This document shows, in pieces, positions 20,078-28,992 of a stretch of DNA of 64,000 nt. A program made the translations under genes and the position numbers. Source of the DNA: an uncultured Desulfospira sp. (lineage in GTDB: Bacteria > Desulfobacterota > Desulfobacteria > Desulfobacterales > Desulfobacteraceae); NCBI GenBank assembly GCA_963663165.1, contig OY760175.1, positions 992,001 to 1,056,000 on the forward strand, given 5' to 3'. Each line of letters starts with the position of its first letter. Position 1 is the first letter of the stretch. Below the pieces are notes generated by a model that was given only the letters and a program-made list of their open reading frames with translations, did not search any database and was not told where the DNA came from.

Positions 20078-20112
20078 TTAGCTATTAGCTGTTAGCCGTC
20101 AGCCATTGGCCG
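20078..20112 (-). repeat. GCTAAYA-type heptad tract in the leader of the DUF2892 gene
   Basis: TTAGCTA TTAGCTG TTAGCCG TCAGCCA TTGGCCG; near reverse complement of 8790-8823. Confidence 0.75.
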
Positions 20113-20181
20113 GGCGGCAATGTTCTTAAAGCTATCCACAAATCGCAACGTTATCTATATTATATATGCCCTAATGGGACC

Positions 20182-20308
20182 CGTGTTTGGGCGAAAACTT
20201 GCCCAGATGCAAGGCGCAAGAAAATTTGCAACCGGAGCATACCGCGGTATGTGAGGATTGCAAATTTTCTTGCAACACAGCAGATGGGTGAGTTTTCGTT
20301 CAAACACG
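20182..20308 (+). repeat. Long palindromic element, copy 2 (overlaps the RND stop codon)
   Basis: 24-bp terminal stem (20 WC + 4 G-U on the + strand) and a 16-bp perfect inner stem GCAAGAAAATTTGCAA/TTGCAAATTTTCTTGC. Confidence 0.88.
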
Positions 20309-23300
20309 ATATACCGCATAGTAGGTCACCGGTATTACGACCAATGTAAATAAAGTTGATGCAAACAACCCGAATATCAAGGCCCAGGCCAACCCTGAAA
20401 ATACAGGATCAAGGGTAATGGGGGCAGCCCCTATGGCCGTGGTCAGGGCGGTCAATAAAATGGGCCGCATCCGGACCGCCCCGCTTTTTAAGATGGCGGC
20501 CTTGAATTCTTCACCCTGTTTGACCGCATCCTGGACAAATTCGATCAGGACCAGGGAGTTTCGGATCACAATGCCGCCCAAGGCAATCATGCCGATCATG
20601 CTGGTGGCCGTAAAAAAGACCGGATCAGCAAACCCGCCCGAGGCTTGGGTAAACAGGTTCAAAACAAAAAATCCCGGCATAATCCCCAGCACGGTCAACG
20701 GAATGGCCATCATGATCAGCATGGGCATCACATAGGAGCCTGTGTTGATCACCAGGATCAGATAAATTCCCAACAGGGCGGCCGCAAAGGCAAGCCCCAT
20801 ATCCCGAAATACCCTGAGGGTGATCTTCCACTCGCCCTCCCCCGACCATTTGACCCGGGTTCCCGGGGCAACCGGATCGGTTTTAAGTTTTTTCATCATA
20901 TCCAGGACCGCCTCACCAGGGGCCTGTCCCGCCATTTCCCCTGTCACATAAACCACCGGGGCCAGGTTCTTATGATAAATGGGTTTGCAGGTGGTTTTAT
21001 CGGCCACATGGACCAGTTCTGCCAGGGGTATCAGTTTTCCCTGGGCCGACCGGACCGGCATGTGAGATAAGGAAATCAAGTCCGAGCGTTTATTCCTGGG
21101 CATGATCACCCTGACCCAAAGGGGATTTCGTTCATCGGGCACATGGATGCTGGCAGGGGTTATCCCCCCAATGCCGGCCTTCAGCGTATCCAGAATGGTC
21201 CGGGTGTCAATGCCGTGAAGGGCCGCTTTTTCCCGGTCCACCACAATGTCCACCCCGCCGGCATCGTTTTCGGTCATGATGGTCACATCCCTGACCCCGT
21301 CTTCATTCTCCATGATCTGTTTGACCTGGGCGGCGCTGTTGAGCAGCGCCTCATAGGTCTGGTCATGATCGCCGTAAACCTCAGCCACCAGGGTGGACAA
21401 GACCGGCGGCCCCGGCGGCACTTCCACCAGCTGGATATCGGCATGGTTCTTTTGGGCAATCTGTTCAAGATCCTTTCTGATTCTTAATAAAATGGTGTGG
21501 CTTTGCTGGGCACGCAAGGCCTTATCGGCCAGGTTCACCCGGATATCGGCCAGCTGTGCCCCTTTTCGGATAAAGTAATGGCGAACCATGCCGTTAAAAT
21601 CCATGGGAGAGGCAATCCCCGTGTAGGAGACAAAATTTTCCACCTCGTTGACGGTTTTCAGATAATCTTCAAACTCCCGGACAGCCCGGTCCGTGGCCTC
21701 CAGGGATGTGCCTTCGGGCATATCTATAACAATCTGGAATTCATTTTTATTGTCAAAGGGAAGCAGTTTTAAGGGAACCAGCCGGAACACGGCCAGGGCG
21801 CAGGATCCGGCCAGCAGGACCAGTACGGTAACAAACAGCGTGATCCGCATGGCTTTTTTTTCAAGAAACGGGTTCAGGACAGTCCGGTAAAGCCGGAACA
21901 TAAATCCGTTAGTTCCGTTTTTTTCCCCTGGCTTGTTTTTTATATTTTTTAATAACAGGTGAGAAATCCAGGGCACAATGGTCAGGGCGCAAAGGGTTGA
22001 AAAGGTGACGGTCAAGGGAACGTTTATGGCCATGGGGGCCATGTACGGCCCCATCATGCCGCTAATAAAAAAAAGGGGCGTAAAACAGATGATAATGGCA
22101 ATGGTGGACATGATTACCGGGGGCAGCACCTCCTGGACCGCATACAGGGTCGCGGCCATGGGATCCAGCACCTTTGCCCTGATATGGCGCTGGATATTTT
22201 CCACATTGGTAATGGGATCATCCACCACCAGGCCAAGGGACAGAATCAATGCAAACAGGGTCACCCGGTTGATGGTATACCCGAACAAAAAGTTGACAAA
22301 CAAGGCCAGGGAAAAAGAAATGGGCACGGCCAACGCCACCACCAGGGCCTCGCGCCACCCCAGGGTAAAGGCCAGAAGGATCACCACCGAGACAATGGCA
22401 AACCCCAGGGAATTTAACAGTTCATTGACCTTTGTCTGGGCGGTCTTGCCGGTGTTCCGGGTCACCTGGATGTTGACCTGGTCGGGGATAATCGTTTGTT
22501 TTAGTTTTTCCACCTCTTCTAAAATGGCTTTGGACACCTTTACCGCATTGGTTCCCTTTTTTTTGGAAAAGGCCAGGGTCACGGCCGGATAAGATTTGTG
22601 GGGCATGGCTGGTGACTTTTGCTGCACCACATAATTGGAAAATCCGATACGGGTATAGGATTCCACCTCTTTTGGCCCGTCAATAATGGCTGCCACATCC
22701 TCTAGATAAACCGGTCCCGCCTTGCCGCCGGCAACCACCAGCTGCTTCACCTCATCCACCGAGGTCAGAAAGGAGCTGGATGACACCAGAATTTCGTTGT
22801 TGTTTTTGTTGATCCGCCCGGCCTGAACAGAGACATCCGCCCCTTTTAAGGCATTCTCGATATCCTGGACAGAAACCCCAAACCCCTTCATTCTCAAAGG
22901 ATCCAGTTCCACCCGGACCTCGCGCTTTCTGCCCCCGTAAATGGAGGATCGTGAAATATTTTCAAGCCGTGACAGCCTGAACATCACCTCTTCCCCCACC
23001 CGCTCAAGTTCGTGGTCTGAATAAACATCAGAGTACAGGGTCAAGGTCAAAATGGGCACGTCATCAATTTCCACCGGCTTGACCAGCCAGGAGGTGACAA
23101 TGGGGGGCACCCGGTCCTGGTTCATCATGATTTTGTTGTGCAGCTTGAGAATGGAGTCTTCCCGGTCTTCCCCCACAAAGAACCGGACCGTGACCATGGC
23201 CTGTTCCCGGGTGGAAGTGGAATAAACATATTCAACCCCGTCAATTTCCCACAGAATTTGCTCCAATGGAGTGGCCACCAGTTTTTCGATTTCCTCAGGG

Positions 23301-23482
23301 GTTGCCCCGGGCGCATTCACGTAAACATCAGCCATGGGAACCACGATCTGGGGCTCTTCTTCCTTGGGCGTGATGATAACGGAAAACACGCCCAGGCAAA
23401 AGGCAAAGATGATGAGCATAATGGACATCTGGGAACCTAAGAAGACTTTTACGATATTGGAGATTACAGATTGTTTGGCCAT
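20300..23482 (-). CDS. RND efflux permease (AcrB/CzcA superfamily), 1060 aa
   Basis: LGLVVDDPI..VENI, RMRPILLTALTT, GIVIRNS; typical 12-TM layout with two periplasmic domains. Confidence 0.95.
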   Translation of the reverse strand: MAKQSVISNIVKVFLGSQMSIMLIIFAFCLGVFSVIITPKEEEPQIVVPMADVYVNAPGATPEEIEKLVATPLEQILWEIDGVEYVYSTSTREQAMVTVRFFVGEDREDSILKLHNKIMMNQDRVPPIVTSWLVKPVEIDDVPILTLTLYSDVYSDHELERVGEEVMFRLSRLENISRSSIYGGRKREVRVELDPLRMKGFGVSVQDIENALKGADVSVQAGRINKNNNEILVSSSSFLTSVDEVKQLVVAGGKAGPVYLEDVAAIIDGPKEVESYTRIGFSNYVVQQKSPAMPHKSYPAVTLAFSKKKGTNAVKVSKAILEEVEKLKQTIIPDQVNIQVTRNTGKTAQTKVNELLNSLGFAIVSVVILLAFTLGWREALVVALAVPISFSLALFVNFLFGYTINRVTLFALILSLGLVVDDPITNVENIQRHIRAKVLDPMAATLYAVQEVLPPVIMSTIAIIICFTPLFFISGMMGPYMAPMAINVPLTVTFSTLCALTIVPWISHLLLKNIKNKPGEKNGTNGFMFRLYRTVLNPFLEKKAMRITLFVTVLVLLAGSCALAVFRLVPLKLLPFDNKNEFQIVIDMPEGTSLEATDRAVREFEDYLKTVNEVENFVSYTGIASPMDFNGMVRHYFIRKGAQLADIRVNLADKALRAQQSHTILLRIRKDLEQIAQKNHADIQLVEVPPGPPVLSTLVAEVYGDHDQTYEALLNSAAQVKQIMENEDGVRDVTIMTENDAGGVDIVVDREKAALHGIDTRTILDTLKAGIGGITPASIHVPDERNPLWVRVIMPRNKRSDLISLSHMPVRSAQGKLIPLAELVHVADKTTCKPIYHKNLAPVVYVTGEMAGQAPGEAVLDMMKKLKTDPVAPGTRVKWSGEGEWKITLRVFRDMGLAFAAALLGIYLILVINTGSYVMPMLIMMAIPLTVLGIMPGFFVLNLFTQASGGFADPVFFTATSMIGMIALGGIVIRNSLVLIEFVQDAVKQGEEFKAAILKSGAVRMRPILLTALTTAIGAAPITLDPVFSGLAWALIFGLFASTLFTLVVIPVTYYAVYRV

Positions 23483-23483
23483 T

Positions 23484-24608
23484 TTAATTTTTTCCCCATC
23501 CTATGGTCTCGTCTTTGACCAGGCCGGCCAGGACCTCAACGCCGTCATCAAACGTTTTTCCGGTTTTGACATAGACCCGCTGCCAGGTGTCCTGCTTTTG
23601 AACCAGGACCTGTTCTAACTGTCCGACCTTGATCAGGGCCTGTCTGGGCACCACCAGGGTGGATTCTTTTCCCACTGGAATCAGCAGCCGGCCGAACATG
23701 CCCGGATACACCCCCGGGGTTTCAGGCAGGGCGGCCTTGACCAGAAAGGTCCTTGTGGCCGGATCGGCATAGGGGACGATTTCTTCTACCCTGGCCTGAA
23801 CCGTTTTGTTAACAGTTTCAATACTGACCTGATATTCCCCGCCTAGGGCCACCTTGGCAATGAGTCCCTCCCTGACATTGGCTTCAAGGCGCAGTGCCCC
23901 GCTGGTCTGTATAATCATCAAGGGTTTGCCGGGAACGGCAAGGTCTCCGGGATCGGCCAGCCTTTTGGCCACCACGCCGGATGCCGGGGCTGTGAGGGTG
24001 GCATAATCAATGGAGATGCCGGCTTCCTTGACCACCTGTTCCGACTGACGGACAGCGGCTTTTGCGGTCTGAACCGCGTCCATGGCCTTTTCAAGGCGGG
24101 CTTTTGACTGCAAAAAGGCAGCCTTGTCGATTTCCAGTTTTTGAACCGGAACAATTTGTGCGTCAAATAATTTCTGGGTTCTCTCATAAGCCGCTTTGGC
24201 CTGATCAAGATTGGCCTTTGCCTCGTCCATGGCTTTACGGGTCTGTGAAAGGCTGTTCTGGGCCACACTTAAGCCTTCGTTGGCCTGCTTGCCCCGGGTC
24301 TCAAGCTGGCGGCTGTCCAGCTCAATCAACACCTCACCCTGGCGAACGGTTTTGCCGGGCGTAAAAAGAACTTTGGTGATTTTGGCACTGACCTGGGACT
24401 CAATAACGGATTCAGTTACCGGCCGGATGGTGCCCACAGCCTCATAGGTGTGGGTGACCTGTTTTTCTTTTACTACCCCGGTTTGAGCAGGGGCCTTTTG
24501 ACCGGCTGACGGGCCGTTACCGGAAAACCCGGGCTGGATTTGCCCATTGTCACAGGAACACAAAAAAAACAAAAAAAGAACCAGAACCTTAACCTTTCCA
24601 TTTTTCAT
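23484..24608 (-). CDS. RND periplasmic adaptor (membrane fusion) lipoprotein; likely start ATG 24608
   Basis: Lipobox-like FLCSC, lipoyl half-motifs (V..GEVLIELD; LTAPASGVV) and a coiled-coil hairpin. Confidence 0.9.
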   Translation of the reverse strand: MKNGKVKVLVLFLFFLCSCDNGQIQPGFSGNGPSAGQKAPAQTGVVKEKQVTHTYEAVGTIRPVTESVIESQVSAKITKVLFTPGKTVRQGEVLIELDSRQLETRGKQANEGLSVAQNSLSQTRKAMDEAKANLDQAKAAYERTQKLFDAQIVPVQKLEIDKAAFLQSKARLEKAMDAVQTAKAAVRQSEQVVKEAGISIDYATLTAPASGVVAKRLADPGDLAVPGKPLMIIQTSGALRLEANVREGLIAKVALGGEYQVSIETVNKTVQARVEEIVPYADPATRTFLVKAALPETPGVYPGMFGRLLIPVGKESTLVVPRQALIKVGQLEQVLVQKQDTWQRVYVKTGKTFDDGVEVLAGLVKDETIGWGKN

Positions 24609-24710
24609 GACAACCCACTTTACCTTATGATAAGTTAACATTATAAATAATCACGCCGCCGGGTAAACCTTGCCTTTTTTCCTGATACTCATACTCAATT
24701 TCAAATATAA

Positions 24711-24726
24711 TGCAAAAACTCTGCCG
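24711..24726 (-). promoter_or_regulatory. Possible sigma54 promoter for the efflux operon
   Basis: Minus strand CGGCAG-AGTTT-TTGCA. Confidence 0.4.
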
Positions 24727-24775
24727 GCAAAACCAAATGGCATGATTCTTGATTGATTTTTGATATGGCACCATT

Positions 24776-24807
24776 CTAACAGCTAACCGCTAATAGCTAA
24801 AAGCTTA
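24776..24807 (+). repeat. GCTAA-type heptad tract in a gene leader
   Basis: CTAACAG CTAACCG CTAATAG CTAAAAG CTTA. Confidence 0.75.
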
Positions 24808-24831
24808 AATTTTATAAAAAGGAGGCCCATT

Positions 24832-24996
24832 ATGACCAGCTGGATATGCAACCAATGCGGCTATGCCACTGAAGCCGACACGCCCCCGGAACCATGCCCT
24901 TCATGTAAAAGTTCATGTTCTTTTGTGGACAACACCTGTTATACCCCGGACTGTGCCGGAACCCCTAACGATCCAAGGATCAAAAAGGAAAAATAA
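24832..24996 (+). CDS. Small Cys-rich rubredoxin-like protein, 54 aa; not in the ORF track
   Basis: MTSWICNQCGYATEADTPPEPCPSCKSSCSFVDNTCYTPDCAGTPNDPRIKKEK; SD AAGGAGG. Confidence 0.85.
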   Translation: MTSWICNQCGYATEADTPPEPCPSCKSSCSFVDNTCYTPDCAGTPNDPRIKKEK

Positions 24997-25114
24997 ATTG
25001 TTCCGGCTCGCAAATTTGAGACAGCCTTGTATTGAAAACACTGATACAAAAGCTGATCCAATTGATACAGGAACCGGCCAGACCGGTTCCCCCTAAATCA
25101 AGAAAGGAAACATC

Positions 25115-25294
25115 ATGGCTGAACCCAAAGACATGTATCAATGCCAGACCGTAAACTGCGGCTATATTTTTAACCCTGACAAGGGCGACCGAAAAGGAAA
25201 AATTGCCAAAGGAACCTCTTTTGACGATCTGCCCGATGACTGGAAATGCCCCATTTGCGGTGCCGGCAAAAAAATGTTCAAACCCCTGGGCTGA
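25115..25294 (+). CDS. Type II (CxxxxC) rubredoxin, 59 aa; not in the ORF track
   Basis: [66 protein letters not shown]. Confidence 0.92.
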   Translation: MAEPKDMYQCQTVNCGYIFNPDKGDRKGKIAKGTSFDDLPDDWKCPICGAGKKMFKPLG

Positions 25295-25368
25295 TGCAAC
25301 GCTTTTAACTTGTTACGGTTTGCTTTTAACTCTTTTGATATTAACACCATAAGATTGAATCAGGAGAC

Positions 25369-26205
25369 ATGCTCATGAAATGGATGCAGTTTTTCACACC
25401 GGCCAAATCCCTGGATCCAACCCAGGCCCGATCTTATTTGGCAGACCACCCTCAAGAGGCCTATACCCTCCTGGATGTCAGACAGGAAAAAGAATATAAG
25501 GACGAACACCTGCCCGGTGCCCAGCTCATCCCTTTGCCCCAGTTGGGCGACCGCTTAAATGAACTGGACAAGGAAAAACCGGTCCTGGTGTATTGTGCCA
25601 TTGGCGGGCGCAGCCGGGTGGCGGCCCAAATGCTGGCCGGCAAGGGATTTAGCACTGTTTACAACATGTCCGGCGGCATCAAGGCCTGGCATGGAGACAA
25701 GGCTGTGGGCCTGCCCGACCTTGGCATGGATCTGTTCAACGGCAAAGAGGCACCCGAAGACATCCTAAAAGTCGCCTATTCTTTAGAGCAGGGGCTCAGA
25801 GAATTTTACCTTGAAATGGAAAAAAAGGCCCAAAAGCCTGAGGTAAAAAATCTTTTTGCCAAACTCGCGCAGATCGAGGTCAAACACCAGGAAACCCTGC
25901 TGGCCACCTACAACGATTTGACAGGGGAAAGCAAAAGCCAGGCGGAATTTGAAAGCCTGGTTCAAACCCGGGCCATGGAAGGGGGGCTGACCACCCAGGA
26001 ATACCTGGATCTGTTTAATCCGGACCTAAACCTTGAAGTGGATGTGATCTCTCTGGCCATGTCCATTGAGGCCCAGGCCCTGGACCTGTACCAGCGGGTG
26101 GGATTTTCCGTACAAAACCCTGAGGCGGTATCCGTGATCAATAAAATAGCCAATGAGGAAAAAGCCCACCTGGCATCCTTAGGCAAACTGATGGATACAC
26201 TATAA
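25369..26205 (+). CDS. Rhodanese domain fused to a rubrerythrin-like domain
   Basis: LLDVRQEKEY..HLPGA, active-site YCAIGGRS, GGIKAW; C-terminal EVKH and EEKAH motifs. Confidence 0.88.
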   Translation: MLMKWMQFFTPAKSLDPTQARSYLADHPQEAYTLLDVRQEKEYKDEHLPGAQLIPLPQLGDRLNELDKEKPVLVYCAIGGRSRVAAQMLAGKGFSTVYNMSGGIKAWHGDKAVGLPDLGMDLFNGKEAPEDILKVAYSLEQGLREFYLEMEKKAQKPEVKNLFAKLAQIEVKHQETLLATYNDLTGESKSQAEFESLVQTRAMEGGLTTQEYLDLFNPDLNLEVDVISLAMSIEAQALDLYQRVGFSVQNPEAVSVINKIANEEKAHLASLGKLMDTL

Positions 26206-26216
26206 CAGCCACGGCG

Positions 26217-26292
26217 GGAATTGGGATATGGGACTTTGGACTTGCGGGAAACGCCGCAATGTATCCCCACATCCCATATCCCTTGTCCCTCA
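26217..26292. repeat. Heptad-repeat hairpin, diverged copy 3
   Basis: GGGAATT GGGATAT GGGACTT TGGACTT ... GCCGCAAT ... CCCCACA TCCCATA TCCCTTG TCCC. Confidence 0.75.
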
Positions 26293-26315
26293 TATAAATT
26301 CAAAGGAACCTCAAA

Positions 26316-27437
26316 ATGGCAAAACACCTGGCACTGATCGGCGGCGGCCACGCCCACATGATGATTCTGGACAACTTAAGCCAATTTATTGAAAAAGGGT
26401 TTTATGTCACGGTAATCGGCCCCTCTGATTACCATTACTACTCAGGCATGGGCCCGGGCATGTTGGGGGGCACATACTCCCCGAAGGATATCCGCTTCGC
26501 CACAAAGGACGTGGTCACCAAACAGGGGGGCACCTTTATTAAAGGCAAGGCCGTTAAAATTGACCCGGAAAACCGGATCATTCATACGGAATCAGGCAGA
26601 ACCGTCACGTATGATGTGGTCTGCTGTAATGCCGGATCTTATATCCCCATGGACGCCGTGGCGCAAGGTATGGAAAACGTCTATACGGTCAAGCCCATTG
26701 AAACACTCTGGGAGGCAGCCCAAAAGCTTAAACAACTGTTCACAGAAAAGAAAATTACTGTCGGCATTATAGGCGGCGGGCCGTCTTCGGCCGAGATTGC
26801 CGGAAATGTCTGGGAGCTGGCCAAACGGACCGGGGGGCACATGCCCCAAATTCAGATTTTTGCCCGAAGCCGGCTCATGTCGGGATTTCCTGAATCTGTC
26901 CGGTCCAGGGTCTTTTCCACCCTCAAAAAAAGAGGGGTCCTGATTCATGAGCAGACACCGGTGGCCAAGGTAAAAGCCAGCACCATTGAAACCGAATCCG
27001 GCAAAACCTTTGATGCGGACTTTGTCTTCATGGCCCCCGGGGTGCGGCCTTCTAAAATCTTTTCGGATTCCGGGCTGCCGGTGGGGCCTGACAAAGGCCT
27101 TCTGGTCAACCGATGCCTGCAAAGTGTCCGGTATCCTGAAATTTTTGGGGGCGGGGACTGTATTTACTATGAAGCACAGCCCCTGAACAAGGTGGGCGTT
27201 TATGCCGTCAGGCAAAATCCCATCCTGCTGCATAACGTCATGGCAGCCCTTGAAGGCAGCCCGTTGATAGATTTTGACCCGGGGCCGGAATATCTCTTGA
27301 TTTTCAACCTTGGCGGCGGTGAAGGTGTCCTAAAAAAGAAAGGCATTGTTTTTGGGGGACGGCCTGCCTTTATGATCAAGGATTATATTGACAGAAAATT
27401 TATCAAAAAATTCCAGGCCATCGAGAACACCTTATAG
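26316..27437 (+). CDS. FAD-dependent pyridine nucleotide oxidoreductase (NDH-2/SQR-like; resembles the domain found N-terminal to SelD)
   Basis: LIGGGHAH, YSGMGPG, IIGGGPSSAE, IFGGGDC, GVYAVRQ, IKDYIDRKF. Confidence 0.82.
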   Translation: MAKHLALIGGGHAHMMILDNLSQFIEKGFYVTVIGPSDYHYYSGMGPGMLGGTYSPKDIRFATKDVVTKQGGTFIKGKAVKIDPENRIIHTESGRTVTYDVVCCNAGSYIPMDAVAQGMENVYTVKPIETLWEAAQKLKQLFTEKKITVGIIGGGPSSAEIAGNVWELAKRTGGHMPQIQIFARSRLMSGFPESVRSRVFSTLKKRGVLIHEQTPVAKVKASTIETESGKTFDADFVFMAPGVRPSKIFSDSGLPVGPDKGLLVNRCLQSVRYPEIFGGGDCIYYEAQPLNKVGVYAVRQNPILLHNVMAALEGSPLIDFDPGPEYLLIFNLGGGEGVLKKKGIVFGGRPAFMIKDYIDRKFIKKFQAIENTL

Positions 27438-28923
27438 GCAAGACCCATTGGAAACTAAACGATACCGCCCTCCCCTTAAACCGCCCGGTCGGTGTGATTA
27501 CAACCTGTGCGTAATCGGTGCCGGAGCTGCTGGTCTTGTGGCCGCCTATATCGGAGCTGCTGCCCGGGCAAAAACCGCCCTTATCGAAGCCCATAAAATG
27601 GGCGGGGACTGCCTGAATACCGGATGTGTGCCGTCCAAGGCCCTGATTGCCGCTGCCCAATTTGCCCACCAGGCAGGCAATGCCCAGACCCTTGGTTTTA
27701 AACGGGCAAGGGTGGATTTTGAATTTTCCGAAATCATGGACCGGGTAAAACAGGTTATTCAAAAAATAGAACCCCACGATTCCGTGGACCGGTACACCCG
27801 GATGGGGGTGGATTGTTATGAAGGTCGGGCCCGGATTGTTTCCCCCTTTGAAGTCCGGGTGGGCCAAACCGTCCTGACCACCAAAAACATCATTGTGGCC
27901 ACCGGGGCTTCCCCCCTTGTCCCGGATCTGCCAGGGCTTGACCAGGTGGATTATCTCACCTCGGACACGGTCTGGGCACTTACAGACCTGCCCCGGCGGC
28001 TGGTGATTCTCGGGGCAGGCCCGGTTGCCTGTGAGCTTGGCCAGGCCTTTTCCCGGCTTGGGGCTAAAATTACCCTGGTCCTGCGGGGAGAACGGATCCT
28101 GAAACGGGAAGACCCGGATGTCTCAGATTTTATGGTAAACCGTTTTCAGTCTGAAGGCATCCAGATTCTGACCGGGCATACCCCCAAAGAGATCCGGACA
28201 GACGGCAGGGACCATGCCCTGGTTTGTATCCATAACAATGCACCGGTGTCCATTCCCTTTGACCGGATACTCCTGGCCTTGGGCAGGACCCCCAATGTCA
28301 AAGGGTTTGGCTTGGAAGAACTTGGGGTAGAGCTGACCCCATCCAAGGCCATTTTAACCGACGCTTTCTTGCGGACCAATTATACCAATATTTTTTGTTC
28401 AGGCGATGTCCACGGACTGTACCAGTTCACCCACACCGCAGCCCATGAATCCTGGTATGCTGCTGTCAATGCCCTGTTTGGAAAATTTAAAAAGTTTAAA
28501 CCCGACTACACGGTGATCCCCCGGGCTGTATTTACCGACCCTGAAACCGCCCGGGTCGGGTTAAATGAAATGGAAGCCAGAGCCCGGAATATCCCTTACG
28601 AAAAGGTGGTTTACCCCTTGGCGGATCTGGACCGGGCCATTGCCGATTCGAAAGATCATGGTTTTCTCAAAGTCCTCACAAAGCCTGGGAAAGATACCAT
28701 ACTCGGCGTCACCGTTGTGGGCTCCCGGGCCTCAGACACCATTGCAGAGTTTGTCCTGGCCATGAAGCAGAATATCGGCTTAAATAAAATCCTTGGCACC
28801 ATTCACATCTACCCGACCATGGCCGAAGCCAACAAGTATGCGGCCGGCATGTGGAAGAAAGCCCATGCGCCCAAACGGCTTCTGTCCTGGCTGGAAAGGT
28901 ATCATGCCTGGATGCGGCGCTGA
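27388..28923 (+). CDS. Class I pyridine nucleotide-disulfide oxidoreductase (LpdA/MerA-like; start uncertain, TTG 27388 or 27448)
   Basis: GAGAAG, GGDCLNTGCVPSK, GAGPVACE, HIYPTMAE; no C-terminal Cys-Cys. Confidence 0.85.
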   Translation: MTENLSKNSRPSRTPYRQDPLETKRYRPPLKPPGRCDYNLCVIGAGAAGLVAAYIGAAARAKTALIEAHKMGGDCLNTGCVPSKALIAAAQFAHQAGNAQTLGFKRARVDFEFSEIMDRVKQVIQKIEPHDSVDRYTRMGVDCYEGRARIVSPFEVRVGQTVLTTKNIIVATGASPLVPDLPGLDQVDYLTSDTVWALTDLPRRLVILGAGPVACELGQAFSRLGAKITLVLRGERILKREDPDVSDFMVNRFQSEGIQILTGHTPKEIRTDGRDHALVCIHNNAPVSIPFDRILLALGRTPNVKGFGLEELGVELTPSKAILTDAFLRTNYTNIFCSGDVHGLYQFTHTAAHESWYAAVNALFGKFKKFKPDYTVIPRAVFTDPETARVGLNEMEARARNIPYEKVVYPLADLDRAIADSKDHGFLKVLTKPGKDTILGVTVVGSRASDTIAEFVLAMKQNIGLNKILGTIHIYPTMAEANKYAAGMWKKAHAPKRLLSWLERYHAWMRR

Positions 28924-28956
28924 AGGTTTGCGCCAGCCGTCCTGGCCGGGGTTCGG

Positions 28957-28992
28957 GTGGACACAGTGGACAGGGTGGACCTGCCGGACGAT
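28957..28992. repeat. 9-nt period tandem repeat in a convergent gap
   Basis: GTGGACACA GTGGACAGG GTGGACCTG CCGGACGAT. Confidence 0.6.

Noticed and set aside
25292..25294. Selenocysteine read-through at the rubredoxin TGA
   Set aside because: The domain is already complete at the stop, and the downstream sequence is AT-rich intergenic DNA without a SECIS-like hairpin.
27388..28923. Mercuric reductase MerA
   Set aside because: It lacks the C-terminal Cys-Cys pair and the NmerA domain, and no mer genes are nearby.
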